A stretch of DNA of 64,000 bases from Paraspadella gotoi (GCA_051294375.1 CM119263.1:23916423-23980422); one strand, 5' to 3'; shown: positions 1-14,400, counted from the stretch's first letter. The notes: generated by a model not told the origin, from the letters alone. Numbers and translations: made by a program.

Positions 1-907
1 TCTCGTGAGGACGGAAAGCTACTCGCTCATCCTCATCTCTCTCTCTCTACTCTCCTCTCCCTCCTTCTCCTAGTTTCTTCTCTTCTCGCTCTCCTCTCTG
101 AGATTCATCGAGAAAAGATACGAGGGAACTGTCACGTGTTGTCCTGACAGATACCCTACTAAAAATAACTGGAAGGAGAAATAAAAATAGAAAGAAAAAA
201 GAATGAAGGAAAATGAGAAGAAAAAGAGAGATAGAAAGACAGAAGAAAGAATAAAGAAAGGGCGGAGAAAGAAGGAAGAAATTCCAGACAATACGGTTTT
301 TATGAGACGATAAAAAATCGGATAAGCGACGATCACTCCCGCCTTTTTTCACCAGTCGACTTTTAAGGCTGCGAAAGGGAACTGGTTCGTCGTAATCGTC
401 GTTGTCGTCGTTGTTTTCAACGTTGTCTTTTCTCGAGTGGATGTCGTCGTCTTTGTTGCCATTGTAGATGGCAGTATCTTCGTCACAGTTTCTGTTGTCC
501 TCTTTCTCATTAGAATTTTTCGTTCAAGGTCATCGTCTCAGTATTTTTTATGAAGCTTATTTACGATGAGTTTAGTTTGTTTTTGTTTTTCCCTTTTTTT
601 TTTCAACATGAAATTATTCTAACGACGTAAACATTAGAAAACTGAATTGTCAGTTCATTGAAATATAATGACTGAAGTGAACTACTGATTCTTTTTCAGT
701 CTGATCTGCTTATCAGCAGATCCCGACTCTATAATTCACTTTGACGGTTCGTCGGTCTTGTCGGGTATTCGCTAATATCATGTCAGAACATCGAATTATG
801 ATAAATTATGCAAAAAAAATAATGTTCGTCCATTCGTCCGTTGGTCTGTCTGTCCGTCCCACCATAGCAAAAAAAATCTAATTACTCGTGATTGGATGGA
901 TGGATTT

Positions 908-1145
908 GAATGAAATTTTGTGTTCCGGTACGAAAGTGTGTGATTGAGCTGGATTTGAAGTTTCGAAGGAATCGTCCGAGTGAAAATGAGTTTAAATAGA
1001 AAAAACTAAACAATTTATTTTACTATTTGAACTCCAATTACCAATCAGTGGATAAGGGAAATGACTTGAAATTTTGTATGTGGGTAGGAAAGTGTGTGAT
1101 TAGCTGGAAATCAAGTTTTGATGGAATCGTCAGAGTGGAAATGAT
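908..1145 (+). repeat. Imperfect direct duplication (~80-bp block, ~157-bp period), probably part of a non-autonomous interspersed element
   Basis: tgaaattttgtgttccggtacgaaagtgtgtgattgagctgg...ggaatcgtccgagtgaaaatga versus tgaaattttgtatgtgggtaggaaagtgtgtgattagctgg...ggaatcgtcagagtggaaatga. Confidence 0.65.
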
Positions 1146-1912
1146 TGATTATGCTTTTTTTATTTTTATATTAAATGTAAATACAAAATGAATTAATTAA
1201 TAAGTCAATTAATTATTCAATGATTTCAATCAATCAATTTATTTATCTATTATTAATTATTCAATCAATAAATTTATTTATCATTTAATTAATTATTTAA
1301 TCAATCAATAAATCAATCAATCAAGTCAATCATTATCGGCATTATTGTCGTCATCGCCATCATCGTCATCGTTGCTTTTGTCGTGGTCAGTGACGAAAAG
1401 ACTTAAAAACAAGTATTTCGGATCAAATTATGATCGTGGGCAGATCCGACATTGTTTGCTCAAACCTGTTTTCATATTGTTCGTTTATTTCTCGGCGCGA
1501 CGACCGTATGCTATGTCCCTCTCGCGGTTATTTACGACGGTAAACGACTGACGTTACGAGTCGCGTACCTCGTCGTTTCAAATGTCATTAACCGCAAAAA
1601 AACAACCGCATTTCTTCTTTCCTCTTTTCTCGCCGCTTCCTCGTTTTTTTTTAAATGCGTCCTTTTCCTCGGCCTAACCACTTTTTACGGCGAAAGAAAC
1701 TGTTTCTTTCCTCTTTTCCTTCTCTCGAAAGAAGGTCGAAGAAAGAAGGAAATTACAACAGTTTTGCCTTTTTTTTTCTTTCCTTCCGATTCTGACTTAT
1801 GGCTCTCTTTCTCTGCTCTCTCTCTCTTCTGTCTCTTCTCTCTCTCTCTCTTTGTCTCTCTCTCTCGTCTCTCTCTCTCTCCTGACTCTCTCTCTCTTCT
1901 CTCTTTTCTTTC

Positions 1913-1953
<41 letters not shown>

Positions 1954-3038
1954 ACTTTGTTTTCCACACATCTTTTTCATCATTTCATTCTCTTTTCCAC
2001 ACCTTCGTTTCACCTTCGTTTCACCTTCATCATCCATTTCTAATTCTGCGTCCTCGCCCATTCGTCGCGCCATCTCATTTCCGTTTCGCGCGTCTTTTGT
2101 TTCCCGCGCGTCTGTGTCGCCATCTTGAAGATGTCTGACGTCGAGCAGGTGTTCTGAGAATTTACTTGTTGACGCACGAAAGCGTAACGGGAGTAAAAGT
2201 GAAAGTCGATGACAGAGAGGGGAGAAATTTTGCGTCGAAAGTTTAAACGGAAAATTCTCTGTCGCCGTCGAACTGGCGGATCTTGAAAGATTGTCTACGC
2301 TTTAGAGCCACCCTGCCTTCTTAACTTCCTTCATGCCTTCCTTCTTTCCTACCTTCCTTCTTTCCTACCTTCCTTCCTTCATTCAATCCTTCCTAACTTC
2401 CTTCATGCTTTCCCCTCCTCTCTGGTCTTTGAAAAACAGTTTTATCCATTCCCTTGCGATACATACATTTAATATGGCCGAGAGAAACTTTCATAATCTT
2501 AATATAATTACCTCTTCTTTTTCTTTAGTAACTCCGACGACAAAAAATAAAGAAAATTACTAAAAAGTACTCAAGAGAGCCTGCTCGGAAAGCAATACGA
2601 CGAGTTACCGAAAAAATGGCTCGAAGGGCGTCTTGAACGGCGACCGGAAAGCCCGGAAACTAAGAGGCTATTTCTGCCAGGGGCGTTTAGAAAAACGAGG
2701 GGCCAGGGTTCCCAGTGGGGCCCGGGACAAACCATAAGATTAAGAAGATTTCATTAAAGGAAAAAAAATTTTAAAATGGTAAAAATAATAGTAACAAATT
2801 ACAGTTATTATATATTAACTAGCTAATCTCTGAGGAGGCAAAATATGTATTTAAACTATGTTAACATTTTGCCTCACTCCAACTGCCAAAACTGTAGCAA
2901 TTTTTTTGTTAATAAGGTTAATAAGGCCCGCCATTTCCCAACACGCCCTGAAATTAGATTTTGTTTCGAATGTTACCAGGAGGGGTTCAGTGAAACATCA
3001 AAGTGGGCGTCGTCGTCGTCACCGCCTCCAATCCCACG

Positions 3039-3129
3039 GCTGCCGCCGCCGTCGCCGCCGTCGCCGCCGCCGCGGCACCGCTGCCGCCGCCGTCGCCGCC
3101 GTCGCCGCCGCCGCGGCACCGCTGCCGCC
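3039..3129. repeat. GC-rich tandem repeat, ~41-bp unit x2, built on GCC/GTC triplets
   Basis: gctgccgccgccgtcgccgccgtcgccgccgccgcggcacc occurs twice in tandem. Confidence 0.8.
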
Positions 3130-3465
3130 TTGGACTAACGACGGGTCATCGAATAAACGTAACGACGTCTCTTGAAGAAACGAGGTCAGCGCCTCTCGTC
3201 ACGCGCCCAGCGTTGATTGCCAATTATTTCTGGTTCCCTCGTCAAAACCTAATTAGCTTTTCGATCTCTGGCTCCGAAGGCCGAGTTGAATTCGGGGGAA
3301 ATCGATGAGGCAACTCAAGGAAATTCGAGGAATCGTGGTAATGAGAGGAAAGCGCGATCCGTGACTGAGGCAGAGATTCTATCTGTAACAAGATTGACCA
3401 GTAAATACTTTTATAATTTTTGTTTTTTTAAATCGAATGGGAAAAAAATGTATTCCATTTTTTTG

Positions 3466-3466
<1 letters not shown>

Positions 3467-3563
<97 letters not shown>
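3467..3563. repeat. (TTA)n microsatellite
   Basis: Uninterrupted tattattat run. Confidence 0.95.
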
Positions 3564-3564
<1 letters not shown>

Positions 3565-4719
3565 GTATTATGATTTTCAGCAAACCTTAACATCATTATT
3601 TATAACTTCTAAAACCAATACATACATGTGAAAAAAACGAGTCGAATGAAAGCGTTTGTCCGTTGAACTACGTATTTGTTCCCTTTGACATCGTCGTTGT
3701 TGTCTTCCTCATCATCATATTCGTCTTTCTCACGACAAATCGTTGTAGTAGTCCTCGTCGTCGTCATCGTAGTTGTCATGACAACCGGGGGGCGTTAACC
3801 ACTTTTCTTTCCGTCGTCTGATTTTTCTCTTTTGTGTTCGACGATCGAAGGGAAGAGAGAAAATCGTCGGCGGCGCTCTTTAGTCGGAGGCGGCACTCTT
3901 ATAGCGGCGGCGCTCTTTCCGGACGACGCCGTTTGGCGACGGCGTCCTTTGTCCGAGCGCTCTTTAGCGGCGGCGTTCGCTGTCGTCCTGCGATTTTCCA
4001 AATTGACGAGAGAAGGCGCTTGCTTTGCGTCCCATGTTTTCGCATTCGAAATATTGAGGGTAGGGTATTAGTTAAACCTTTTTTTCACAATGTCGGTCAT
4101 CGTCGCCGTTGCTTTTGGCGAAAAAGTGTTGGTGAAAATTAAACTTATTGTTTTCTTCATCTGTATTATACACTATATTTTATATAAGCGTTTTATTCGG
4201 TCTTCGTCGTCTTTCGGAGACGTCCTCGTCTTCATATTCGTGAGAGAGAAAGAGAGAGAGAGAGATGAGAAGACAACGGGAATGATTAGAGAGAGAAGAG
4301 AGAGGAGGAGAGGAGCTAGAGAAGAGAGAGAGAGAGAGAGAGACGAAGAGAGAGAGAGAGATGATAATAATCTAATCAGTCATGGTAATCATTCAAAGCT
4401 GATTCGTAGTTCCTTTATTTCTGTCGTTCAGGTCGCCAACCTCTTCATCCTTCCCGACTCGCGACCTCTGTCCTCTTCAAAACGAAAAGAAATGATGAAG
4501 CCGCAAATCTGCGTCGTCGCCGAGAGCGATGCCCCTCAATTTCACACAACGACATTCTTTTGCCATTCAACAAACGTCAAAGAACCCATTTGACACCCAA
4601 CGACTCGGGATGCCACTGAATGCTCCCGTTTCTCCCAGAAGTTTCTTAACGTCAACTCTTACCCCCCATCGACGCATTATTCAACCTAACGACACGTAAT
4701 CAGGCCGATACGATGACAT

Positions 4720-4960
4720 TCTATGCCCACCAATTCCACCAAATGCCTTTGGTCGCTACCCAAAGCCCCTCTTAAACCATCCTACGCCCTTCGATGTCAC
4801 CAAATGCCCTAAGATGCCATCTAAAGCCCCCTTTACCATTTTATGCCCTAAGATGCCATCCTAAGCCCCACGATGCCATCAAATGCTCTAGGACCACACC
4901 CAATGCCCCACTAATTGCCATCCCATGACTCAAAATGCCTTACGAGACCACCCAATGACC
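4720..4960. repeat. Degenerate C-rich minisatellite (atgccc/atgcca motifs)
   Basis: Recurrent atgccc, atgcca and aagcccc motifs; atgccctaagatgccatc occurs twice. Confidence 0.55.
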
Positions 4961-5550
4961 CCCCCCCTCAAATACCGTCCGACGCCGCCCGATGCCATCG
5001 CTGAGCGGCGTTCATCATCGAGAGGGAACCTTGGCCCGTCCCATTCGTCTCTTCTGCCGTCGCATCAGAAAACCATTCGTTTCGTCCGTCGACGTCGAAG
5101 GTCAGTAATTAAATTCTTTTCTTGAAGGGAGGATGGACGGAGCGGGAGGGTGAGGCAGAGAGCGAGGTAAGGACACGATGTAACTCACGGTTTTGCCCTT
5201 TTCTTTTATTCTATAATAATAAATGCGATTATGCGTTTGGTTCTTTTAAATATTATTCCTTTGACGCTCAACTATCTTTCCAATTGATCAAATTTAAACT
5301 ATTTTGTAGAAATAATTATAAATATTATAAATGTGAATTTTTAATTTTAAAATAACTATGTAGGAACGATTTCGAAACAATATCCACCATGCTTTACTTA
5401 GTTTCACTAATGTTTCATTTTTGTTTCTCATTTTTCTTAGAGACTTTTTTGTTTACTTTTAGCAGTCTGCGTAGAAAGAGACTTCGTCTTAAGAATCTTA
5501 TGCATATTTGATCTCTCCATTAACGCTCTATTACTCCATGTAGACTCTCT

Positions 5551-5624
<74 letters not shown>

Positions 5625-7453
5625 GGGCGTTGTTTCGTTGCGTGCCCCACCGAGCGATTCAAGCTAGACGCGTTTTGCTGATTGTTCCGCTACCTTTTCC
5701 ACGCGAGATTCGACGTATGGGCGTGGCGACGTGTTAGATTTTCAAAATCGCGAGAAAATTATTAAAAAAGGGGCGTCGGTCTGTTGTCTAGAGAGACAGA
5801 AGCCATATGTATAAAACTCATAAGTAAAATTCATATGTTGATTCATCAATCAAATATCAATCATCTCAGAAATAGTCTCGTCACTCTGATCTCAAATCAG
5901 TTTTTTTGAAGAGACCCTTTTTTTTGCTCAGCATCAGTCTCGACAGGCGCGCCTGCCCAGAAAAATCTAATTCCGTTCACTTTCACTTTCTCTCTCTCTC
6001 TCTCTCTCTCTCTCTTTATCGGCGCCTCGCAAACTTTAATCCTATTTCGCCCGACTTCGCTCCAACTTCTATTTTTGGTCTGGCGACCCGAGGGCGAAAA
6101 AAAAATGTTCGTCCACAGTCGCTGTCACCACCCACCTCTCACCAAATGCCACCTTAGATACCACCTTGCTTTCCGCCTGTGTCGCCACTCCCATAGACTC
6201 CTCCGACCTGGTGACCATGTCCCTCATATCAGTCTCACGCCTCACAACGGCCAACTGCCTTCAACTCCTGCCTCAGCAGCCACTGACCCTCTGAGAATAT
6301 CCGACAGTCGACTGCTTCCCGCTTCTCGACAAACTGAGTGTTTATGAAAAATAGAAAGAAACTCTACTCACGTTAGCTTATTAGAGGTACAAAATTATAA
6401 TTAATCTGTGTAAAAAAAAGAAAAATTAGACCAAAAACGAATGTTAGTTAGACAGTCGTACGGAGAGACAAAAGTTCACATACCATACTTCCATTCAAAC
6501 ATTGAACGCCCCGCCGCACGCATGATATGGTGTGGGAGTCAAGATTACCGCGGGTCCGGAAGAATCGTCTAATCTTAATGGATTTGAACAGAGATTAAAA
6601 GGTCACGGAAAGGAATTCGTCACCTGAATGCCGCCGTCCGCGAATGTGAACGCCCTCATTGTGATCGGCGGCTGACGAGCGACGAGATAGCGGCCTGTGC
6701 TGAGGGCGGCGGGGGGGGCGGGGGGGAAGAGGAGTGGGTCGGTGACCGAAAAGAAGAGCTGAGGATGAGGATGACGCGAAAAGAACTCGTCGTTTAAACT
6801 TTGAGAGAGCGAGAGAGAGAGAGAGATGAGAGAGAGAGAAGAGAGAGGAGAGAGAGAGAGAGAGAGAAATCCTGGTGAATATTTTATGGTGAGCTCAATC
6901 TTTTGAAAGAAGCCTCCAGTGAAACTAGATTTTATAATGACATAAGAACATTTTTAATAACATTTATAACAATAATTTTTTTGATTTTTTTTAACCCTTT
7001 TTTTAAATTTTTTTAAAACTTTTTTAATAACATTTTTCAAAACAGTGAGAGAGAAGACTCGTCGACTTCCGTTGCAAATTCCATTGACAAACAAATTGAG
7101 AAAACCTATGGTGGCTTTCCCTTCGTCCCCACAAAAAAGTTATTTTATGATTTTTTTACTTTAATTTTTTTTATATAGCGCGAAAACGGTTCCATTTTGC
7201 GAGTGTAAATGTCAGGGGCATGTGTTTAACCTACAATTAAACTCCAATTTCATTAAAGAAAAATGATCTTTCGTTTTTCTCGTTCGACAGTCATGATTCA
7301 AAAGGATCTTCTCGGTCAATTCCTAAAGGAGGCGCGTCGAAGTTGTAATGGGCCTTGATAATCCTCGGGCATTAGTCTCATTGCCGCCGCTTTACACAGT
7401 CCATTAGGCAGAGGAAAACAAAAACAGAGGAAAAAGGCCAAGACGAAATCAAA

Positions 7454-7506
<53 letters not shown>

Positions 7507-8746
7507 TAATGCGTGGCAGGAAAGACATGGCCATTGGCCAAGGTCATCGATAGTCATTAGAAGTGAACCGAGAAGACAAAACACTGAAAGTCGTTCCGAA
7601 TTATGTAGAAGAAGAAAGGAAAAAAAAAAAAAACCTCTTTGTTTTTCCCCGAGACAAAACAAGGGGATAAAATTAGAACTTGTGAAGAAAAGGAAAACAT
7701 TTCTTATTTTGTGCCTTTGAGTTGTGAAAAACATAATAACATAATATTCCATAATATTTTGTTTTTTCTGTCAAACTTCGATAATGCCGTTTCTACAAAA
7801 CTTCTCGGCGACACGTTACGTTCGCCCATTGCCATTTCTCTGCGCCATTCCTCTCAACACCATTTCCCCAGTCCTCGCATTGCCACTTTTCAGCGCCATT
7901 CCCCCCATTGCCATTTCTCAGCGCCATTCTTAACTCCGCCGCTTATTGACGGTCAAGCACGAAAAACAATCTTTTTTCTCTTTTCTCTCTCCCGACGTCT
8001 CTAATGGATTTTGGCGAAGGCGGCCGGTCGGACGCCCATTCCACGGCGCCCCGTCGCGCGGGCAGAGTAATTTGGACCGGAAGTGGTGGCAAAAGTGGCG
8101 AAAAGGTTGGTAGTTTATGTAGCAAGTATGATAAAAACAGTCCTTACTAAAGTGGCAACAAATTGTGATCTAAAAATGCGATGAAAGACGCAGCGAAAAG
8201 TGGGAACAAGAGCAGCTGCAAAAATCGACGTCAAACGAGAAGAAATCGGCCGTTTTTTTCAAAGGCTCAAATTCAGAATTAAGTTTTTGGGTTTAAAGAT
8301 TAGTTTAGGATTTAGCTGTTAGTGATAGTGTTAGGGAATTATATATTGTAGTTAAATATTGAGGTTATAATTAAGTTTATTAATTAGAACGGAAATTGGG
8401 CGCCTTTAGAAAATAGCGCTCCAATCCGCTTCAGAGCCGGTCCAGCTTCTGAAATGAATTCGTCGATGTAAGTTGTCGGTCGATCTTTCACACCGAGAAA
8501 AACCTTTCAAGACGAGTAAATTTAACTAAATGAGCCCATTTGTTTCCGTGGTAACAAAGCAACTAATTTGATGAACGTATCCCGTGTCTCCGATATATAA
8601 ATACCTCCCCCCACTTCCCTCTCCCTCTCCCCTATTGTTTCATTCGCCTTTTCACTTCGCCTTGGCGCAAAGAAATACGCGGAAAGAAAACATCGTAAAT
8701 TCCCTTTTGTTCGACCCCCGCCCCTTACCTCTCTCTCTCTCTCTTC

Positions 8747-8811
<65 letters not shown>

Positions 8812-11409
8812 TTTTCTCGTAAAGTGCCGCCCTTTCTCCCTTTTATATTCGCATTGAAAAAAACGCGACGATCCTCCTGGCGGCGCTTAATTAAGAGCGC
8901 CGGGTTTCGAGCGTCGGTTTCTGCCGGTCCTGTGCGCGCGCGCGCCCCCCTTTCTTTCCGCATCCAATACATGCAAATAGAATTAAAGGGTTGACTGTCT
9001 TTCCGACGCCTTCGCCCTCGCGCGGTCGTTAGGAGAGTTTTCACGATCGAGAGTCTGTAACCCAAGGATTCTTTTTTTAGTCGAGAGAGGGGGTGGGGAA
9101 TTTGGAGTAAGGGGGGTAAATATTATTTTGAAAGAATGGGGGAGTAGAATAAGCAAGGGCGATAGAGAAATAAAAATAGATATAAAGAAGGTCATAAACA
9201 GAAGCAGATACATACTAGGGTCTGACATTATCCTACACAATAAATAAAATTAATTTGTAATTTATTATGCTGAAGTTATAAAAGAATGGTTATAATAAAT
9301 AAATATAACTTTCCCGCGCGTATTTCCTTGCTTTTGGCTAAACCAAAAACACGCTTTTTCATTCTTCCCTCACTCGCCTTATAAAACTGTTTCGTTTCGA
9401 ACAAACTCCACTCACCGGTTCACATCCTTTTTACCGCCATCGCCCCGTCACCCCAGAAGCGGGTTTTGGAAACGAGCGGGCCGTCACTCGACAAAACCGT
9501 CGAAAGCGTAAGAAATCGTTAAAATGCCATTATTGTCACAAAAACGCGATTCGTAAAGATTAATTACATTTGAAATTCGAAAATCGTGTAACGTGAAGCG
9601 GTTCGAGCGCCGAAATTCCCTCTAGACGAACGCAAGCAAAGACGTTAAGTTTGCCGTAGATTTTACGCCACTTTTCACCCCCAATTAGTAGTTCCTAGTT
9701 TCTAGTATGATCGAATAAGTTCGAATTAAGATACGTAATATCAGGGTAAACTCTTCTTGATTATCAACTTTGTGCTCCCAACAATTTTCATCAGATTTCT
9801 TTAAAATAAAAAAAGACCAGTGGCTGCGCCAATACATGTAAATCACTTTCAAGGACTTAAACTTAACTGTTACTGCGGCACTATTAAGATTTTGTTACTT
9901 ATAAAAATATTTTATAAAGCAAAATAATATTATTTTTATTTCGATATATTATATATGATTAAAATACTTTGATCAATACATAGAATAAGAAATAGAATAA
10001 AATAAAATAGAATAAGAAAAAAATATTTGTTAAAAAAAAATCAATAAAAGATTTAAAATAATAAAAATTTTAAAATAAAATTGTTATTTTGTACTGCCCT
10101 CTGGTTTATTAAGACTAAAACATATAAAAATTTGCTATTTTGTGTAAAGGGATGCTAGTGAAGATCTCGTGGGTGCAGACAGAAAAGCAAATTTATATAG
10201 AAAGTAAAGGGCAAATGCTCATAGTAGAGAAAGTAAAAGATAAATCCTCCTAGTAGGAATAAAAAGTTATATAGAAAAAAAATTGTACAACTTCAGGGGT
10301 TAAGTATATTAATAAAGTGATTTACAATCATCATCAATCGTCATTATTATTATTATCGTCGTCGTTCGCGCTTTAATCTCGATCATAATTTTTTTTTCTT
10401 TCACTCAAACCGGGTATTCGTTCTCATTTTAATTTACGTAGTTAAGGGTTTTACAAAAATACTTAATAGCAAACCCTATTTCCAAACTTAATTTCAAATC
10501 CCTAACCACATTGGCCGTGACGAGTATTAGAGTATTAGAGTTTGAACTTTCAGAATGCAGACACACGGAGGCAGCGGAAAAAAGTGGCAGCGCTGCCGAC
10601 CGTAGAGCAGGGAGGCCTCCAGATCTCGAACTCGCAGTGCAACTAAAAACGACGAGTTTGAAGTCATGACCTTCGATTTGATCAATATCAATATAAGTTT
10701 TAAAAAAGGTTATTTATTTCCCGATGTGCATATTGATATTGAAAGACCTCAAAACTTAATGAATTTTTAAAATAAATTGTAAATTACAATTAAAAAAAAA
10801 CTTTATTCGCCACTTCTCTGTACAGATTTTTACCACTGATTCAAAGATTCATTCCTGTTCATTTGGACTTTGATCAACCGAAGTAAGATATTTTATCTCG
10901 GCAAAAAAGTGTTGCTACTCATTCCGTCCGTATAAAAATTTCTATTTCAAAAAGAGAACCTCAATATCTGTGCCTAATTTTGTTGTATCATACAAGGTAA
11001 TTTACTGACATTTTTCTAAACTTAAAAACCTTTTATGTAGTGAATATGAATGATAAAAAATCGGTATTTATTAATTTTTTTTCTTAATTGGGGAGAATAC
11101 ATACTGATACATTGATACATATTCATTTTCGTAACCCTTTGGAAACCCTCCTCACAAAGAATTAAGTCAAGATTTTTATTTATTTTTTTTTTTGTTAAAA
11201 ATTAATTACAGAGTAAATAGCAAAAAGCTAATTGAGGATAGATCCACGGATGTGCCAACTGACATATTCTAATATGATACAATTTTAAATTTACAGATCA
11301 TCTTGACAATCCTTATAGAATCGATTTATTGTTCAAGATACAAGTCAAAGAAGAATGAGAGAATCCTAAGTTTTTCCTCTCTTCTCTGTCGGCCATTCCA
11401 GCAGAAAAC

Positions 11410-14400
11410 ATGGCATGCTCTTTGGAGGAATCTGAGTCAGAGACTCATCAGAGTGAATATTTAAAGCCGTATCTTCTAATTCTCGAATCAAAACGCCCAT
11501 TTCCACCTGAAAAAGATGTAATTAAAAGAATTAGCGAAATCGGTGGTTTGGAGTATTCTTTAGATTTTAATGTTAAGCTCAAATCCAATTCTTTAATCAT
11601 ACATATAAAAAATGCGGATGCATATGATATGATTCAATCTGGAGTTGAAAAAGCTTTTTGCAAAGAATCTGTCACATTTTTGCTTAACTACAAATTTCAT
11701 GACTTTGTTTTAGACCATACTCAAAGTTTATCTTCTGTTGATGAGGTAGCTAATGCTATCATTAGAATAATTCCAAAAGATAGCAAACTATTTCATCTTC
11801 AGAGATTTTGTGTTCCTTTGCGTCAAAAAATTTTATTTCATCGGATTAAGTTAGGAAAAAACAAACGGTTAGCTCATGAAGTGATTGTTTTAGGTTTTAG
11901 AGCCAGTAAAGATGAAATTTACTTTTTGTCTTTGGAAAAAAACAGATCTTCAATTCTGACGCAGGTTTCTCGTTCTTTATTTGATTTAATTAATAAACAG
12001 GTGCATATAAACAGAAACGGATATAAGGAGCACAAAGAGCAAAATTTTGCTCGGGTTGAAGCAAGCTATTTAAATTTTCCACAAAGCATGCCTAATATTC
12101 ACTCTTTTTTAAAGAAGTGGAACAGCTTCAAAAACTTGAAAACTCTAGAAAATATATACCGACTTGATGACTGTAATTGTCAAGATTTTGTTCGAAGTAT
12201 TTGGAAATTGATCAAAGATGACTTACCCAACCATACATGGCCTTCTCAAAACCAGTTTTCAAATCATATTGAAACCAAAAATGATACAGCCATACATAAA
12301 AAATGCTCAAAAATTTTTTCTGAAAATTCTGGAAACTGTCTAGTCAACGTTTACGGGGAAATTGGATGTGGTAAATCAACAGCAGTGTTAAAAACTCTCC
12401 ATCCAGAAAATGTAGCATTTAATTTCACTATTCAGTTGCATCTTGATTTAGGCCATTTGAACTCTTTAAAATTTAGTTCAGCATCAGATTTTTCAGCTTT
12501 TGTTGCCACCAATCTAAATCGAGTTGTTGATAATAATCCAAAAAAGGAAAAACCAATATGTTTAAAAGCCAATTCTATGATTTTTCTGGATAACTTAGAG
12601 CATAGACCTGAAAAAAGTACTGATATACTTAAAAAAATTTCTACAACAGATAAGGCAGTAATTATCATTACTTCTCAGCAAAACCTATTTTTTGATTTTA
12701 AAAGAATTTCTCCTGATCTAGTTTCAGAAGAAAATTGCATCAAATTGCACACTTTTGATGAGAAAGAGTGTCATGAGTTCCTGAGAAAAAGATTTTCTAT
12801 GTTACAAAACCTATCTTCTCATCATTTGGGTAAAATAGCTTCTTATTGCAATAATAATCCACTTTATCTCTCTTTTGCGGTTCCTTTTCTTAGCCGTTGT
12901 TTGAAAGATGAAATATATGATAAATCACCTATTCTTATAGACAAATTAATAGAAAAATCTTTTAAAGAATTTTTTTTTTCAAGCTCAGATTCAAGAAGAG
13001 AACTCTCTATATCAAAAGTATTAGACTACATAAAAAAGCACAACATTGAAGAATGGCTAATTTTAGAAGCAGCTTCTTTGTTAAATGGAGAGTTTGAATT
13101 AAAAGATTTTGAAGTATTTTTCTACATTGACAAAACAATTGAAATGATAAAAAATACAAAGTTTTGGCCAAATTTATTTATCCAAAATGAAATATTTAAA
13201 AAAGGCAGCTTGCTTGAGGACTTAATTAAAAAGTTTCATTTGTCCCAGTCTCTTCGAAATACAATGGATATTTTAGTTCAAAAGAATTTCTTACAAAAAG
13301 TTTCAGCAAATAAATATAGAATGAATATTTTTGTAAAGGTGGAATGTTTGAAGAGAATTACAAGTAATCCATTTGACGATTATAAACAGCAGTTTGTTTT
13401 AACGACTTTTAAACAATCTGCAGAGGCTTCGAATCCATCAAGCTATTTGCAGGCTTGTAAAAATACTGAATTTTTGATTGCAGCTCTAAAAGGACAAGTT
13501 GTTGATGATAAACTTCGTATTCCTATTTGCATGTTTAAAAAAGCAATCGAAAGTTATGGAATCTTTAAAATGCCACATTTACTTATAATTATGTATCACA
13601 TGCTTGGTCAAACCCAAAGTCAAATGCTGATAACCATTTTGAAAGAATGTGCTCAGACAGGGCATGGCATTTTAGAAAAGTTTCTTTTGGAAGCTTCTAA
13701 AAAATTACAGGAAATTACAGATTTTGAAAACAAAGAAACAATTGAAGATGACGAATCTTTGAATTTTGATATTGTTGAAAGGTTACATTTGTCGCAGCTA
13801 GACATAAACATTTTTTCATTTAATTATCTTATTGAATGTTACTATGCGTTCTATGTTGCAAAAAGTTATGAAATTGATGAATATTTTGAAAAAGAAATAA
13901 AAGATTCATTGCAATCTTTAAAAGGATATTCTTTGGAGGTTAAAAATGAATTTTTTCACCTCTTATTAAAAATAGATCGGGCTCGGCAACTATTTAACTA
14001 TTTTCATGATGAAAATTTTTATCTTAAAACTTATCTAGAAGATGCTTTTAAAAGTGGAAACAAATCACTTAGATCCATTGCATTCCAGCTTATTCAAGAT
14101 TCCAGAATTAATATTGAAGCTCATTGCGGTCTTGATTTAGCATCAGAGATTATAACTGCTTGTGAATCTTCATCTAATCGGAAAATTAAAGAAGTTACAC
14201 ATCAGTATGGCTATGACAAAATTCTTTTATTCAAATTTACTGGAGTTCAAAGCCCAAGCAAAAGATATTTATTGTTTAATGGAAGCTCAGCTCTTCATCT
14301 GGCTGCTTATTTAGGCAACACAACTCTCACAGAATTTCTTATACATATCGGAGCTAATGTCAATGAAAGAGATCATTCCAATTTGTCACCACTTCATTAT

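Noticed and set aside
1452-2138. Long ORFs rich in SL/ER/F runs (also 8584-8994, 19877-20455, 49017-49739 and many others)
   Set aside because: These are translations of CT/GA and poly-T microsatellites, which lack stop codons. No protein-like content.
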